Source of the DNA: a virus
DNA length: 64,000 bases
IMG/VR virus record: IMGVR_UViG_3300045988_105030
Reading direction: 5' to 3' (one strand)
The translations under genes and the position numbers were made by a program. Shown here piece after piece: positions 1 to 9,680 of this stretch. The notes below the pieces were generated by a model. It had not been told where the DNA came from and did no database searches. It saw nothing but the letters and a program-made list of their open reading frames with translations. Numbering within the stretch: the stretch's first letter is position 1; each line of letters begins with the position of its first letter.

Positions 1-2
1 TC

Positions 3-1742
3 AGATGGTATCCAGATAAGGCGCTGGACATATTCCGCAGCGAAACGGCGGACTTCGCCAATGAGGAACTGTTGCAGCGAGTGATGGCGCGGGTGTATGC
101 GCGAAAAGCGTCTGTTTCCTTTACGGGAACGCGAGGCGTGACAAAAACCAATACAAAGTTCAAGTATGCGGAGGTAAACGGCCTCGTGTGGCCCGGCGTA
201 CAGAGCGCGTATTACGGGCCGAGCTACAAGCAAATGGCTACCATCGGCAGCAAGACATACCACCAGACAGAGCATGACTACCCGGCACTGGCAAAGCAGT
301 GGCGCGTGACGGCGGAGAGTAAGGACGACTTCAAAATCGAAACGGACTGCGGAAGTGCTTTCTATATCTCCGCCATGCGCGGTGACAATATCCACGATGT
401 TACTGCCGAGGAGTACGCACAGGAAGAAAACCCGCCATTTGACTTTGCCGAGTATACCACGGTTGTTCTGCCGGCGGTGCGACTGACCCACAACGTAGAT
501 GGAAAACCAGACGGGAACTACGTGGCGTATAAAGACCATGCCATCACCAGTGCGGGGCGAAAGCAAAACCACGCATACGAAACGCGCTGCGAAAACATGA
601 AGGCCATGTTGGCGGGAGAAAGCGCCTTTGCCTACGACATATCGTGGGAGTGTGTGGTGCTGCAGCAGATGCGGCCTTATTCATGGGCGCAAAAGCTGAA
701 AACAAAACTGACCCCGGAGCGGTGGATGCGGGAGATGGAGAGCCGCTACACCGGCGCGGACAGCAACCCCATTGTGCGGGACGAGGTGCTGACAGAGAGC
801 CGCAAGCTGATGATTGCGGAAAACCGGCACTGTGCCTTTGACCTGCAAAACAAGCTTGCGCCGCAGGATGTGATCTACATCGTGGGCTACGACGTATCCT
901 ACGCCGATGACAAGAAAAACGCAAAATGCGCCTGCGTGGTGCTGAAATGCACGCGGCAGACGGATTGGCTGAAGCGGGACAGATACCTCAAGCAGCTGGT
1001 GAATGTGGACGTTTGGAATCCGCCGGTCAAGAGCATGATGCAGGCGCAGAAGATCAAGGACGTGTGGAGCCGGTTTTGCTGCGAGGGCGGCGCGCCCACC
1101 TACCTTGCCATAGATGCATGGCAGTACGGCACCAGCGTGGTGGAAAACCTGATGATGGACTTGGGTGACGGACTTGCCCCCCTGTGCGTAAGGAACCACG
1201 CCTCCTTTACGGAGCTGGAGCAGGACAACGCCATTCCGTGCCTTTACCCCATCAAGGCGGGCGGCGCGGGCGTGACAGACCCGGACGCAGAGATGGTGCG
1301 CTACGCCGAGCTGCAATTTGAAAACCGGAATGTAGAACTGCTGTGCGGCAACGTGAACGAGGGCGTGGAGGCCTACAAGAAGCACCACAGGATTAAGGAT
1401 GACTACATGGACGCGCAGATCGCCGAGCCGTACCTGAAAACGAGGGAACTGGCAGGGCAGATACAAAACCTGAAAAAAGTACCCAGCGGCACCACCATGC
1501 GGGAGGAACGGATTTCCAAGCACATCCAGCGAGACATCTGGTCAGCATTGAAATACGCACTGCGGGTGGCGCAGATTCTGGAGCGCGAGGAGCTGGCAAA
1601 ATCCGTCCGGCACACCAGCGATTGGGATGCAGAGCTGGAGCGCTTCAAGGACGCTGAACAGAGCACCGCCTTGACGGCACATACGGCAGGTGCAGGGCGC
1701 GGACGCACGGTGACGGCGCGGCGGGGAGGAAGGATGTTTTAA
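3..1742 (+). CDS. terL: terminase large subunit, C-terminal part (5' end off window)
   Basis: Frame is open from the window edge (nt 3) to the stop at 1740-1742. Lies directly upstream of the portal gene. Acidic nuclease-type strand motif VIYIVGYDVSYADD. Call rests on gene order plus motif. Confidence 0.65.
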   Translation, partial: RWYPDKALDIFRSETADFANEELLQRVMARVYARKASVSFTGTRGVTKTNTKFKYAEVNGLVWPGVQSAYYGPSYKQMATIGSKTYHQTEHDYPALAKQWRVTAESKDDFKIETDCGSAFYISAMRGDNIHDVTAEEYAQEENPPFDFAEYTTVVLPAVRLTHNVDGKPDGNYVAYKDHAITSAGRKQNHAYETRCENMKAMLAGESAFAYDISWECVVLQQMRPYSWAQKLKTKLTPERWMREMESRYTGADSNPIVRDEVLTESRKLMIAENRHCAFDLQNKLAPQDVIYIVGYDVSYADDKKNAKCACVVLKCTRQTDWLKRDRYLKQLVNVDVWNPPVKSMMQAQKIKDVWSRFCCEGGAPTYLAIDAWQYGTSVVENLMMDLGDGLAPLCVRNHASFTELEQDNAIPCLYPIKAGGAGVTDPDAEMVRYAELQFENRNVELLCGNVNEGVEAYKKHHRIKDDYMDAQIAEPYLKTRELAGQIQNLKKVPSGTTMREERISKHIQRDIWSALKYALRVAQILEREELAKSVRHTSDWDAELERFKDAEQSTALTAHTAGAGRGRTVTARRGGRMF

Positions 1743-1744
1743 GC

Positions 1745-2107
1745 ATGGCTGTGACATATAAGCTCTACGCCGCCGAGGTGAGCCGCCTGAATGTGGAAAA
1801 GGCGGAGCGGGAGCGGTTTTCCCGTGTGACGGCAAATTATATGCTGCTCTACCGCCGGGCAAAGCCACGGCACATTCCCGCCGTGGAGGTCAAGGGCGAA
1901 GACCTGCGGCGCCTGACGGAGAGCGACCGCCTGTGGCTGGCGGACTGCATCGCCACACTGCTGGGAGAAGCCGCCGGACGGCGGCAGGAGACGGCGGCGC
2001 AGCGGGTGAACGAAATGCTGACGGCGTGGGAAAAGGAACTGCAAAGGACTCGCAAGGGTCTGGAGAAGGAGGCGCAGGATGGACGAAACGAAAAATCTGA
2101 CAACTGA
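1745..2107 (+). CDS. hypothetical protein (between terminase and portal)
   Basis: 120-aa ORF with an SD-like GGGAGGAAGG upstream. Its 3' end overlaps the portal start. No recognisable motif. Confidence 0.5.
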   Translation: MAVTYKLYAAEVSRLNVEKAERERFSRVTANYMLLYRRAKPRHIPAVEVKGEDLRRLTESDRLWLADCIATLLGEAAGRRQETAAQRVNEMLTAWEKELQRTRKGLEKEAQDGRNEKSDN

Positions 2108-3857
2108 ACTGCGCGGACTTTCCAACGCCACCTACCCGGAGATTTTTAAGCGGTTTCAAGCACTTTCCGAAAAGTACGGCGATATGCCCGCCGGTGCGCT
2201 GGCCAGCGCCTTCAGCCGGGTGAGCGCGTCTGCCGCCAACCGGAACAATCCCTACATTCAGAATCGGCGGGTACAGGCCGTTTCCTCGCTGCCCAAGGAT
2301 TACAGCAAAAACCGCGTGGCGGAGATGCTGACAAACCCCATGGGCAACGAGCAGAGCTTGCGGCAGGTGGAGCATGGGCTGGAATTTACCGCCTATCCTC
2401 TTTTCCACACCCGGAAGATGTACCAAGACCTGCTGACCTATCACAGCTATATTGCGCCGGAGTTTACCGACAAGGACACGGCGAAAAACGACGAGTTCTG
2501 GCGGGAATGGAAATTGCTGGAAAAACTGCGGCGTAAGCTGGACCCCAAGACCACAGCCCACCAGTTGGCGGGACAGGCGGTGCAGGAAGGCAAGGTTTTC
2601 TACTATCCACGCGTCAGCGTGGATAAGCCCCACAACAAGGTGAACTACGCCTTTATGCAGCAGCTGCCCAGCGACTGGGTGAAGATCGTGGGCTTCAACA
2701 GCGTGTCGAAGTACACCGTGGCCTTTAACATGATGTATTTCATGCAGCCGGGGACAGACCCCTTGCAGTTCGGCGACCTCTTTAAGCCCTATTGGGATGT
2801 ATTTTCCCGCGTGACGGAGCGCGGCGCACCCAAGGGGACGGGTACGCGGTTTGTGTACGCCGCCAAAAACCGGGTGGATATGGGACTGCTGGCGGAGATA
2901 CAGCGGGGGGGCGGATTTGGCGAGGATGAAACGCCGGATGTGTACTACCAGAACGGGCAGTACTTCTACTGGGTGACGCTGCCGGTGGACAGCGTGTACA
3001 CCTTTGAGATCGACGACGCGCAGACGTCAGTGGTGTCGCCGCTGACGGGACTGTTTCTGTCGCTGATCCAGATTGCACAGTATGAGCAGATTCAGCTGGA
3101 GCTGGTACAAAACCCCCTCATTTCCCTGCTGACAGGCGAGATCGAGTACAGGGACGATGACACGCGGCAGAGCGCTGACGCCTATAAGCTGAGCAACGCC
3201 GGGTGGGAACTCTTTAGGACGCGATTCTATGACGAGCTGGCGGCAAACAACACAAACGGCATCGGCTGGTATGCCGCACCGCTGAAAAACATGGAGCTGC
3301 ACCAGCTATCCGAAGCGCCGGGAGCCACCAAGATCAGCACAGCCGGGTACGGCTACACCATGGCGAAGGCGGGACTTTCCGCCCTGATCCCCACCAGCGA
3401 CGAGCCGAGGGCGGGCGTGGCCAACATCAGCTTGCAGATCGAGAGCCGCTTTGCCGAGCAGATTTACCGCTGCTACGAGCGGATGATGCGGGGCATCATG
3501 GACGGTATGAACCTGAAACATTCGTGGCGATTTTCCATGTTCGGGAATCTGGCGGAGGATGAAAAGACCTTTGAGAACGCACGGCAGGGCATGACGCTGG
3601 GCATTCTGCCCCAGACGATGATTTACATGGCCATGCTGGACATGAGCGTGATAGACGACCTTGCCATGAGCTTTGCCATCAAGGAGAGCGGCATCATGGA
3701 TATGCGCCTGCCGCTGGTGACCAGCTACAACGCCAAGCAGAGCGAAAGCGAACTGCCCCCGCAGGCGGCACACGACATGAACCCCGGCGGAAGACCCGCC
3801 GCCGACAAGAAACCCGGCACGGAGGGGCAGGAAGCCTCGCAGGACGCCGGGGATTAA
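2079..3857 (+). CDS. portal protein
   Basis: 592-aa ORF immediately after terL, preceded by SD GAAGGAGG. Size, position and acidic C-terminal tail are typical of portals. Confidence 0.65.
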   Translation: MDETKNLTTELRGLSNATYPEIFKRFQALSEKYGDMPAGALASAFSRVSASAANRNNPYIQNRRVQAVSSLPKDYSKNRVAEMLTNPMGNEQSLRQVEHGLEFTAYPLFHTRKMYQDLLTYHSYIAPEFTDKDTAKNDEFWREWKLLEKLRRKLDPKTTAHQLAGQAVQEGKVFYYPRVSVDKPHNKVNYAFMQQLPSDWVKIVGFNSVSKYTVAFNMMYFMQPGTDPLQFGDLFKPYWDVFSRVTERGAPKGTGTRFVYAAKNRVDMGLLAEIQRGGGFGEDETPDVYYQNGQYFYWVTLPVDSVYTFEIDDAQTSVVSPLTGLFLSLIQIAQYEQIQLELVQNPLISLLTGEIEYRDDDTRQSADAYKLSNAGWELFRTRFYDELAANNTNGIGWYAAPLKNMELHQLSEAPGATKISTAGYGYTMAKAGLSALIPTSDEPRAGVANISLQIESRFAEQIYRCYERMMRGIMDGMNLKHSWRFSMFGNLAEDEKTFENARQGMTLGILPQTMIYMAMLDMSVIDDLAMSFAIKESGIMDMRLPLVTSYNAKQSESELPPQAAHDMNPGGRPAADKKPGTEGQEASQDAGD

Positions 3858-3878
3858 GACGAGAGAGGGAGTGAGGAC

Positions 3879-4418
3879 ATGAGAGCCAGAGAATATGCCA
3901 ACTGGGAGAATCCCAAGTTTGCGCCCCTCATGGGGCCGGTACGCCGGGTGATGGAGGCCTACGGCAACGCGGAGAAGTGGTTTGCAGACATCAAGGATCG
4001 GGTGCTGTGCGACATGGGGATGGTATTCCTGTCGGACGCCATCCATCGGTTGGAGCATAAGCAGCCGGAGCGGGTGGACGCCTTTGCGGATATCCCCCAC
4101 GACTACCACCTGCGCTTGCCCTACCCCGGTACGCCGGAGCTGGACGAGGACTTCAATGACGACCTCGACCGGGTGTTTGAGGTGTGCGTGACCATCGTGG
4201 ACACGGTGGACGGTGCGCTGGGTGATTTTATCCGGGTGACAGCGGACGGGGAGTTCAACGCCCTGTCGTTGAAGGCGGAAGAATTGCAGCTGCAAAACAC
4301 CGGCGACCGGCAAAAGCTGCTTTCTGCATGGTCGATGTGGAACCAAGGGGCGATGAGCCGCGCCAGCTTCGACAACTGGTGCCGAAATCTCTTTGCAGAG
4401 GACGGTGAGGACGCATGA
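3879..4418 (+). CDS. hypothetical head-module protein
   Basis: 179-aa ORF with SD GGGAG. ATGA-coupled to the next gene. Confidence 0.55.
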   Translation: MRAREYANWENPKFAPLMGPVRRVMEAYGNAEKWFADIKDRVLCDMGMVFLSDAIHRLEHKQPERVDAFADIPHDYHLRLPYPGTPELDEDFNDDLDRVFEVCVTIVDTVDGALGDFIRVTADGEFNALSLKAEELQLQNTGDRQKLLSAWSMWNQGAMSRASFDNWCRNLFAEDGEDA

Positions 4419-5782
4419 GCGGGCTGAAAACCAAGGCCATGCCCAAGAAGGTGTGCGCCAGCGGCACACTGAAGGTGATGCAGCGGCTCAACGAGTACGA
4501 GTTCGGCGTGGAACTGTGGGTCATGCGAGAGGGAGAGAACCGCAACAAGTGGTCGTACCAAAACATCGCGGAATACTACAAAACCTTTGTGGGACAGCCC
4601 ATTTTGGTGGCCTATGTCGGACGGCAAGTCGGAGACGGGCACAACATGGCTAAGTACCGAGACCCGGAGACGGGGGAGGAATACTACTCCTTCATGGACG
4701 GGACGGCAGAGCGCATCGTGGGCACGCTGTCCGAGGACGAACGGGACTTTACCCTTGTGGAGAGGGATGGTCATACATGGCTCAAGGCGAAGGGGCGGCT
4801 GTTTGAGTTTTACGCCCCGGAATTGGTGGAAAAGATCCGTCGGCAGGGAAAGATGGAGGTTTCCGCAGAAACCAATGTGACCGAGAGCCACAAAGAGGGC
4901 GATGTGGATGTATTTACCAAGTGGACGGGGCTGGGCGTGACCATCCTCGGCGACCGGGTAAGCCCCGCTATTCCGGGGGCAAGCATCGCAAAGCTGGCGG
5001 CTATGCAGGAGGAATTTAAGAGTTTGAAGCTGCGGGCCGCATCGCTGCACACAGCCGCAGAGGGCAGCGGAAAAATCAACAAGAAAGGACTGAAAAGAAG
5101 CATGAACAAGCAAATGATGGAAAGCGTACAGGCAAAGTTCCCCAATCACAAGCTGATCGCCTTGAGCGAGGACGGCATGAGCGTGGGACTGCTGGATGCT
5201 TCCGGCAACCTTTTCAGCTACACCTTCAACGCAGAGGATAACGGCGAGGTCATGGAAAGCCGTATCGCGCCCTGCGCGGCACGCATCGTTTTGTCTGCCG
5301 GGGAAGTGGAGCTGAACGCCGATGTGGCGGATGTGGTGGCGTACACCGTTTCCGCCGCCAAGACGGAGAACGGCGAAATCAAGCAGCTTTCCGAGGAGCT
5401 GAACGCCGCCCGTGAGCAGATCCGCGCCATGCAGGAGGCGGAGAGCAAGCGCCGGCTGAGCGTGTGCAAGGCGACCGCCAAGGCCACACTGGAGGCATTC
5501 AACGCCAACCGCAAGGAGAAGCTGTCCGAGGACGCGCTGAAGGACATCAACGAGAACATTGAGTCCGGTGTGTATGCCAATTCCTGCGACAAGGACGGCG
5601 CATGGCTGGGCGAGAAGATGGTACGAAGTGCGGTGCTGGCCGTTTGCGGCGAGGCCGTGATGGAGGCAGACCGCAAGGCTGCCGAGAACCGCAAGAGCGC
5701 CTTTGCGTGGAACAATGCCAAGGGTGACGGCGCTGGTGACAGCGGCATCGAAGGTATGCTGAGCCGCATCGGCAAGGCGTAA
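4415..5782 (+). CDS. putative capsid scaffolding protein (possibly protease-scaffold fusion)
   Basis: 455 aa. C-terminal half is Ala/Glu/Lys-rich and coiled-coil-like. Lies between portal and capsid genes. Confidence 0.45.
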   Translation: MSGLKTKAMPKKVCASGTLKVMQRLNEYEFGVELWVMREGENRNKWSYQNIAEYYKTFVGQPILVAYVGRQVGDGHNMAKYRDPETGEEYYSFMDGTAERIVGTLSEDERDFTLVERDGHTWLKAKGRLFEFYAPELVEKIRRQGKMEVSAETNVTESHKEGDVDVFTKWTGLGVTILGDRVSPAIPGASIAKLAAMQEEFKSLKLRAASLHTAAEGSGKINKKGLKRSMNKQMMESVQAKFPNHKLIALSEDGMSVGLLDASGNLFSYTFNAEDNGEVMESRIAPCAARIVLSAGEVELNADVADVVAYTVSAAKTENGEIKQLSEELNAAREQIRAMQEAESKRRLSVCKATAKATLEAFNANRKEKLSEDALKDINENIESGVYANSCDKDGAWLGEKMVRSAVLAVCGEAVMEADRKAAENRKSAFAWNNAKGDGAGDSGIEGMLSRIGKA

Positions 5783-5814
5783 CAACAAGAACTGAAAAAG
5801 GAGTGTGAATACAC

Positions 5815-6447
5815 ATGGCTTACATTGCTAAGACCGCATTTTGGCCCCGCGTGAGCGACCGCGTTTTCGGCGAAACGCTGAATATCACCGGCAAGTTCGT
5901 CAACGCGAGCGGCGATAAGGAGACCTGCTCCGCCGGTTTCCTGTGTACCAAGAAGGAACTGATGCCCTGCGAGGGCTATGAAAACCTCGGCCCCGCCAGC
6001 GCGCAGGTGACCATCAAGAACGGCAACAGCTGGCTGATGCAGAGCGCCGCCGGTGCCGTGACCAGCGAGGGCGACGGCATTTATGCCTGCAACACCTACG
6101 AGGTGAACATTCTGGAGGATCCTGTGACCGGCAACCTCTACAAGGTGGCCGCCAATACGCTGGGGCTGCCCGCACCCAAGGACTATCCCGTGACCTATAC
6201 CCGCATCGTCTTTGACGGCGGCAAGATTTACCGCTTCGGCGAGGGCAACGTGAACGGCACCATCGGCAGCAAGGCCTTCTTCACCATCAAGGACGGTCTG
6301 CTGATCCCCGCCGACAAGCCCACCGCCGCTGGTACGCCCTACTTCAAGCTGCTGGGCAACGGCAACTTCACCGAGGGCGCGGAGAGTGCTTTCGGCTTCT
6401 ATGACCTGGAGGCTTGCAAGGTCGATACCGTCCCCGTTGGCGGCTAA
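5815..6447 (+). CDS. hypothetical head protein (decoration-like position)
   Basis: 210-aa ORF with SD AAGGAG, directly upstream of the capsid gene. Confidence 0.5.
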   Translation: MAYIAKTAFWPRVSDRVFGETLNITGKFVNASGDKETCSAGFLCTKKELMPCEGYENLGPASAQVTIKNGNSWLMQSAAGAVTSEGDGIYACNTYEVNILEDPVTGNLYKVAANTLGLPAPKDYPVTYTRIVFDGGKIYRFGEGNVNGTIGSKAFFTIKDGLLIPADKPTAAGTPYFKLLGNGNFTEGAESAFGFYDLEACKVDTVPVGG

Positions 6448-6468
6448 GAGAAAGGAGAGTGAACAAGA

Positions 6469-7722
6469 ATGGCTATCATGCTGAACAGCATCAACCCCGA
6501 AGTTTTTAACGGCAACAGCGCCGAGTTCAACGGTGTGGAGCGCAAGAGAGCCGACATCGTGACCTGCGGCCGCCTGCTGATGCGGGAGCGTCTGGGCCGC
6601 GACGAGCGGGTGCTGATGACCGCCGCACAGCGCAGCCCCATGGAGTTTACCGCCATGCTGTCCGACGGTGAGGAGGAGAAGCGCCGCAGCTACGCCTCCG
6701 TCAACCGCGGCTTGCAGCACGACCTGCTGCTCTTCTGCGCTGAGCGGTGCTGCTCTATCAGCGGCGAGACCGCACCCGCCGACATGAACGAGTTCCGCCG
6801 CAACCAGCGGAAGTTCCTGTCTGACAGCACCTTCCTGAAGCTGCTGGCGGGTATCACCACCGAGATCGTGACCCCCATGCTGCCCACCGTTATGTCCTCC
6901 GGCCTTGGCTGGCTGGCGGAGATGCACACCGTTCCTCTGGGACAGACCAAGGAGCTGGATATCATGTCCAACGACATCTTCCTCTTTGAGGACGATAGCT
7001 GGGGCGCATCCCGCTCCAAGCCGGTAAACACCCTGTACAACAAGACCGTGACCCTGAACCCCCGTCTGCGTACCGCCCGCGCCAGTGCAAAGTGGTATCA
7101 GCTGGTGGGCAACGACGCCGACCTTGGCCGTTTCTTCAACGCTATTGCCGCCGGTTGGTACTCCAAGTTCACGGCTATGTGGGTGCAGCAGATGGTGAAG
7201 CTTTCCGGCAACACCGCCGCCATCCCCACCAACATGACCTTTACCAATACCTCCGCCAACTGGGTTACTGCCGCCAAGCGCGTGGCGATGGTCAACGGCA
7301 CCCTCTACCGCAACGTCATTGCGCTGGGCGATGCCTCTGCGCTGACCAAGGCGCTGCCCTCCGGCGTGGTGAACGCCAGCACCGTCAATCTGGACGCTGC
7401 TCTTTCCACCATGCTGGGCGTGGAGTGGGCGCGGTACGGCTATCTGGGCGAGTACATGGGCATTAACCTGATGCCCATCGACAACGCCATTGTCCCCGGC
7501 ACCCAGAACACCACTGTGGTGGAGATGGTGCCCACCGACAAGATCTGGCTGGCTCCCATTGGCGGCTACAAGCCCGTGGCGATCGGCGTGGAGGAGGGGA
7601 CTCCCATCACGATTCAGCTTTCTCCCAGCGAGACCGCAGACGGTTCCATCGATATGGTGGTGTCCATGAGCATCGACGCGGTGCCCTGCATTGCAAACAA
7701 GCTGGCGCTCATCAACGCATAA
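6469..7722 (+). CDS. major capsid protein
   Basis: 417-aa ORF with strong SD AAAGGAGAG. Follows the scaffold-like gene and is followed by a GC-rich stem-loop. Confidence 0.6.
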   Translation: MAIMLNSINPEVFNGNSAEFNGVERKRADIVTCGRLLMRERLGRDERVLMTAAQRSPMEFTAMLSDGEEEKRRSYASVNRGLQHDLLLFCAERCCSISGETAPADMNEFRRNQRKFLSDSTFLKLLAGITTEIVTPMLPTVMSSGLGWLAEMHTVPLGQTKELDIMSNDIFLFEDDSWGASRSKPVNTLYNKTVTLNPRLRTARASAKWYQLVGNDADLGRFFNAIAAGWYSKFTAMWVQQMVKLSGNTAAIPTNMTFTNTSANWVTAAKRVAMVNGTLYRNVIALGDASALTKALPSGVVNASTVNLDAALSTMLGVEWARYGYLGEYMGINLMPIDNAIVPGTQNTTVVEMVPTDKIWLAPIGGYKPVAIGVEEGTPITIQLSPSETADGSIDMVVSMSIDAVPCIANKLALINA

Positions 7723-7737
7723 CAAAAACGCACAACA

Positions 7738-7762
7738 GGGGACGGGGCGAGAGCCCCTCCCC
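7738..7762 (+). terminator. GC-rich stem-loop after capsid gene (no clear U tract)
   Basis: GGGGACGGGGC gaga GCCCCTCCCC hairpin 15 nt after the capsid stop codon. Confidence 0.35.
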
Positions 7763-7768
7763 CTATAC

Positions 7769-7855
7769 GCAGGATGAAGCCGCAAGGCGCGGCGGCGGTT
7801 TGCTAAACCGTTTCGCTCTGGCAAGGGTGGGGTTCGAGTCCTCCGTTCTGCGCCA
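7769..7855 (+). tRNA. tRNA-Ser(GCU)-like, divergent
   Basis: Acceptor GCAGGAT pairs with GTTCTGC (2 G-U pairs). Anticodon stem GCGGT/ACCGT with loop TTGCTAA. Long variable arm CTCT-GGCA-AGGG. T loop TTCGAGT, discriminator G, encoded CCA. Weak points: G at position 8 and one mismatch at the base of the T stem. Confidence 0.5.
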
Positions 7856-8056
7856 TAGGACTCCTCGCACCTCCTGAAAAGTGTGTCCCAGAGGAGACGT
7901 TATCTCAGCAAAGCTTTGCAAAGCAAGTAAAAGGCAGTGCCGGGAAACCGGAGGGTGTGCAATACGTCAACGTGCAAACGGGACAGAGGTGGGAGCCTTG
8001 ATGTATTGCGGCAAATATTGACAAGCGACCATGGTGGATCTGAAAGGAGTAGAAAC

Positions 8057-8875
8057 ATGGGAACGGAAAAGAATAGCAAAAACAAACTGGCGGCGCAGAT
8101 TGCCGCAGAGGACGCGGAGGAGGATCAGTTCATGGTTCCGATCCCGGCCAACGTGAAGGAACACGAGGACACTGCGGCGGCAAAACGCGAGAAGAAAACG
8201 GACGCCGCCAAGAAAAAAGAGGAAACCGCGCCGCTGTACACCGCCGAGCAGGTGCAGCAGATGATGAAGGAAGCCGCTGCCGCCGCCGTGGCCGAGGCTA
8301 TGAAAAACCTCCCCCAGCAGCCGCAGGTGGTGCAGGTGATGGCGGACACGGAAAAGGTGGTACTGCGGTGGATGGCGCCGGTGGCGGACGACAACGTGGC
8401 GGTTTTCGGCGCCAACGGCATGTATGGACAAGTCACCGGCAAGAACGGCACGGTGATCGTGCCCAAGGGAGAGTGGAGCCGGTTTTATGACGAGACCATG
8501 CGGCGGTTTATCGACCGGCGGTGGCTGGTGGTAATCAGCGGCATGACGGACGAGGAACGGATGCTATACCACTGCGATTACCGCAAGGGCGAGATCATGG
8601 ACGAGAAGGGCTTTGCCAATATCTTCCGCATGGGCGAGGAGCTGCTGCCTTACTTTGATGCGCTTTGCACCGAGCACCAGGAGATGGTGGCGCGGAGCTT
8701 TTGCGAGGCGGCGGAAAAGGGCGAGCTGGACAGCGATTGGCGCCCGTTGGTGAAAAAGCTGAACGCCATGAACAAAAAGCGGTATAAGGACGCACCGGAG
8801 AGCGACATTCGCCGCAAGGGGATGTTCCGCCCGGTGCTGGATGCACTGAACAGCGCGGAGGATGAGGACGAATAA
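8057..8875 (+). CDS. hypothetical protein
   Basis: ATG at 8057 preceded by AAAGGAG. 272 aa with an acidic/lysine-rich N-terminus. The upstream part of the tracked ORF overlaps the tRNA-like region and lacks an RBS. Confidence 0.55.
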   Translation: MGTEKNSKNKLAAQIAAEDAEEDQFMVPIPANVKEHEDTAAAKREKKTDAAKKKEETAPLYTAEQVQQMMKEAAAAAVAEAMKNLPQQPQVVQVMADTEKVVLRWMAPVADDNVAVFGANGMYGQVTGKNGTVIVPKGEWSRFYDETMRRFIDRRWLVVISGMTDEERMLYHCDYRKGEIMDEKGFANIFRMGEELLPYFDALCTEHQEMVARSFCEAAEKGELDSDWRPLVKKLNAMNKKRYKDAPESDIRRKGMFRPVLDALNSAEDEDE

Positions 8876-8921
8876 AGTGGTCGAAACCGACCACTTTAGA
8901 AACACGAAAAGGAGGGAGCGT

Positions 8922-9647
8922 ATGGGAACCAGTTGGAGCGAGATCGTCACGGATCACGCCATGGTGGAGATAGACGATGTGCGCTTGCAGGAGGCGGCGC
9001 AGGAAAACGCGGCGGCGTTCCTGCGAAAAATGTCGCTTTATATGGTAAACGCCATCCCTCTTTTTAATATGCCGCCGGAAATGAGTGACTGGCTGCAAGA
9101 GGGAATTACATTCCCACAGTACGGAGACTTCTATTGGGAGAGCACGGTGCAGAGCACCGGCGAGGAGACCAATGTGGACACTGGCATGAAAGGCTATGCG
9201 CTTTTCTCCTGCGCCATTGTGCGGCAGGACGCGGCGGGGGTGACATACTACGTTCCCTACCGCGAGGCCGTGTACGACCCGGAAAGCGGCACGGTGACTT
9301 TTCCTGTGCAGGAGGAAAGCGGGACACACTATACGCTGGACTTTTACACGGACGGCGCGTTTGGACATGACCTGACCATGCGGCAAAAGCGCATCTTGGG
9401 GATGTGCGTGGCGGCAGTGTGGGACGAGCGGTTCTATGGTCACAACTGGCTGAACGACCAGATGAAGGTGAAGGACGCCAGCTTTGAGACGGTAAACGAG
9501 GGCACCTATATGGAAAAAGGCTCACAAAAGCACCGAAAAAACAGAGCGCGGCTGATGGACGAGCTGCACAAGTACGAGCAGGACTGCACCCATCTGAACG
9601 TGGTGCGGCGCGGCAGAAAAAGCACCGGAAGAATGCAGTTTGTCTAA
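8922..9647 (+). CDS. hypothetical head-tail joining region protein
   Basis: ATG at 8922 after GGAGGGAG. 241 aa. Placed between head and tail genes. Confidence 0.5.
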   Translation: MGTSWSEIVTDHAMVEIDDVRLQEAAQENAAAFLRKMSLYMVNAIPLFNMPPEMSDWLQEGITFPQYGDFYWESTVQSTGEETNVDTGMKGYALFSCAIVRQDAAGVTYYVPYREAVYDPESGTVTFPVQEESGTHYTLDFYTDGAFGHDLTMRQKRILGMCVAAVWDERFYGHNWLNDQMKVKDASFETVNEGTYMEKGSQKHRKNRARLMDELHKYEQDCTHLNVVRRGRKSTGRMQFV

Positions 9648-9680
9648 AAGCGCGCAGAGATACAAGGGGGTGAAAGGCCG

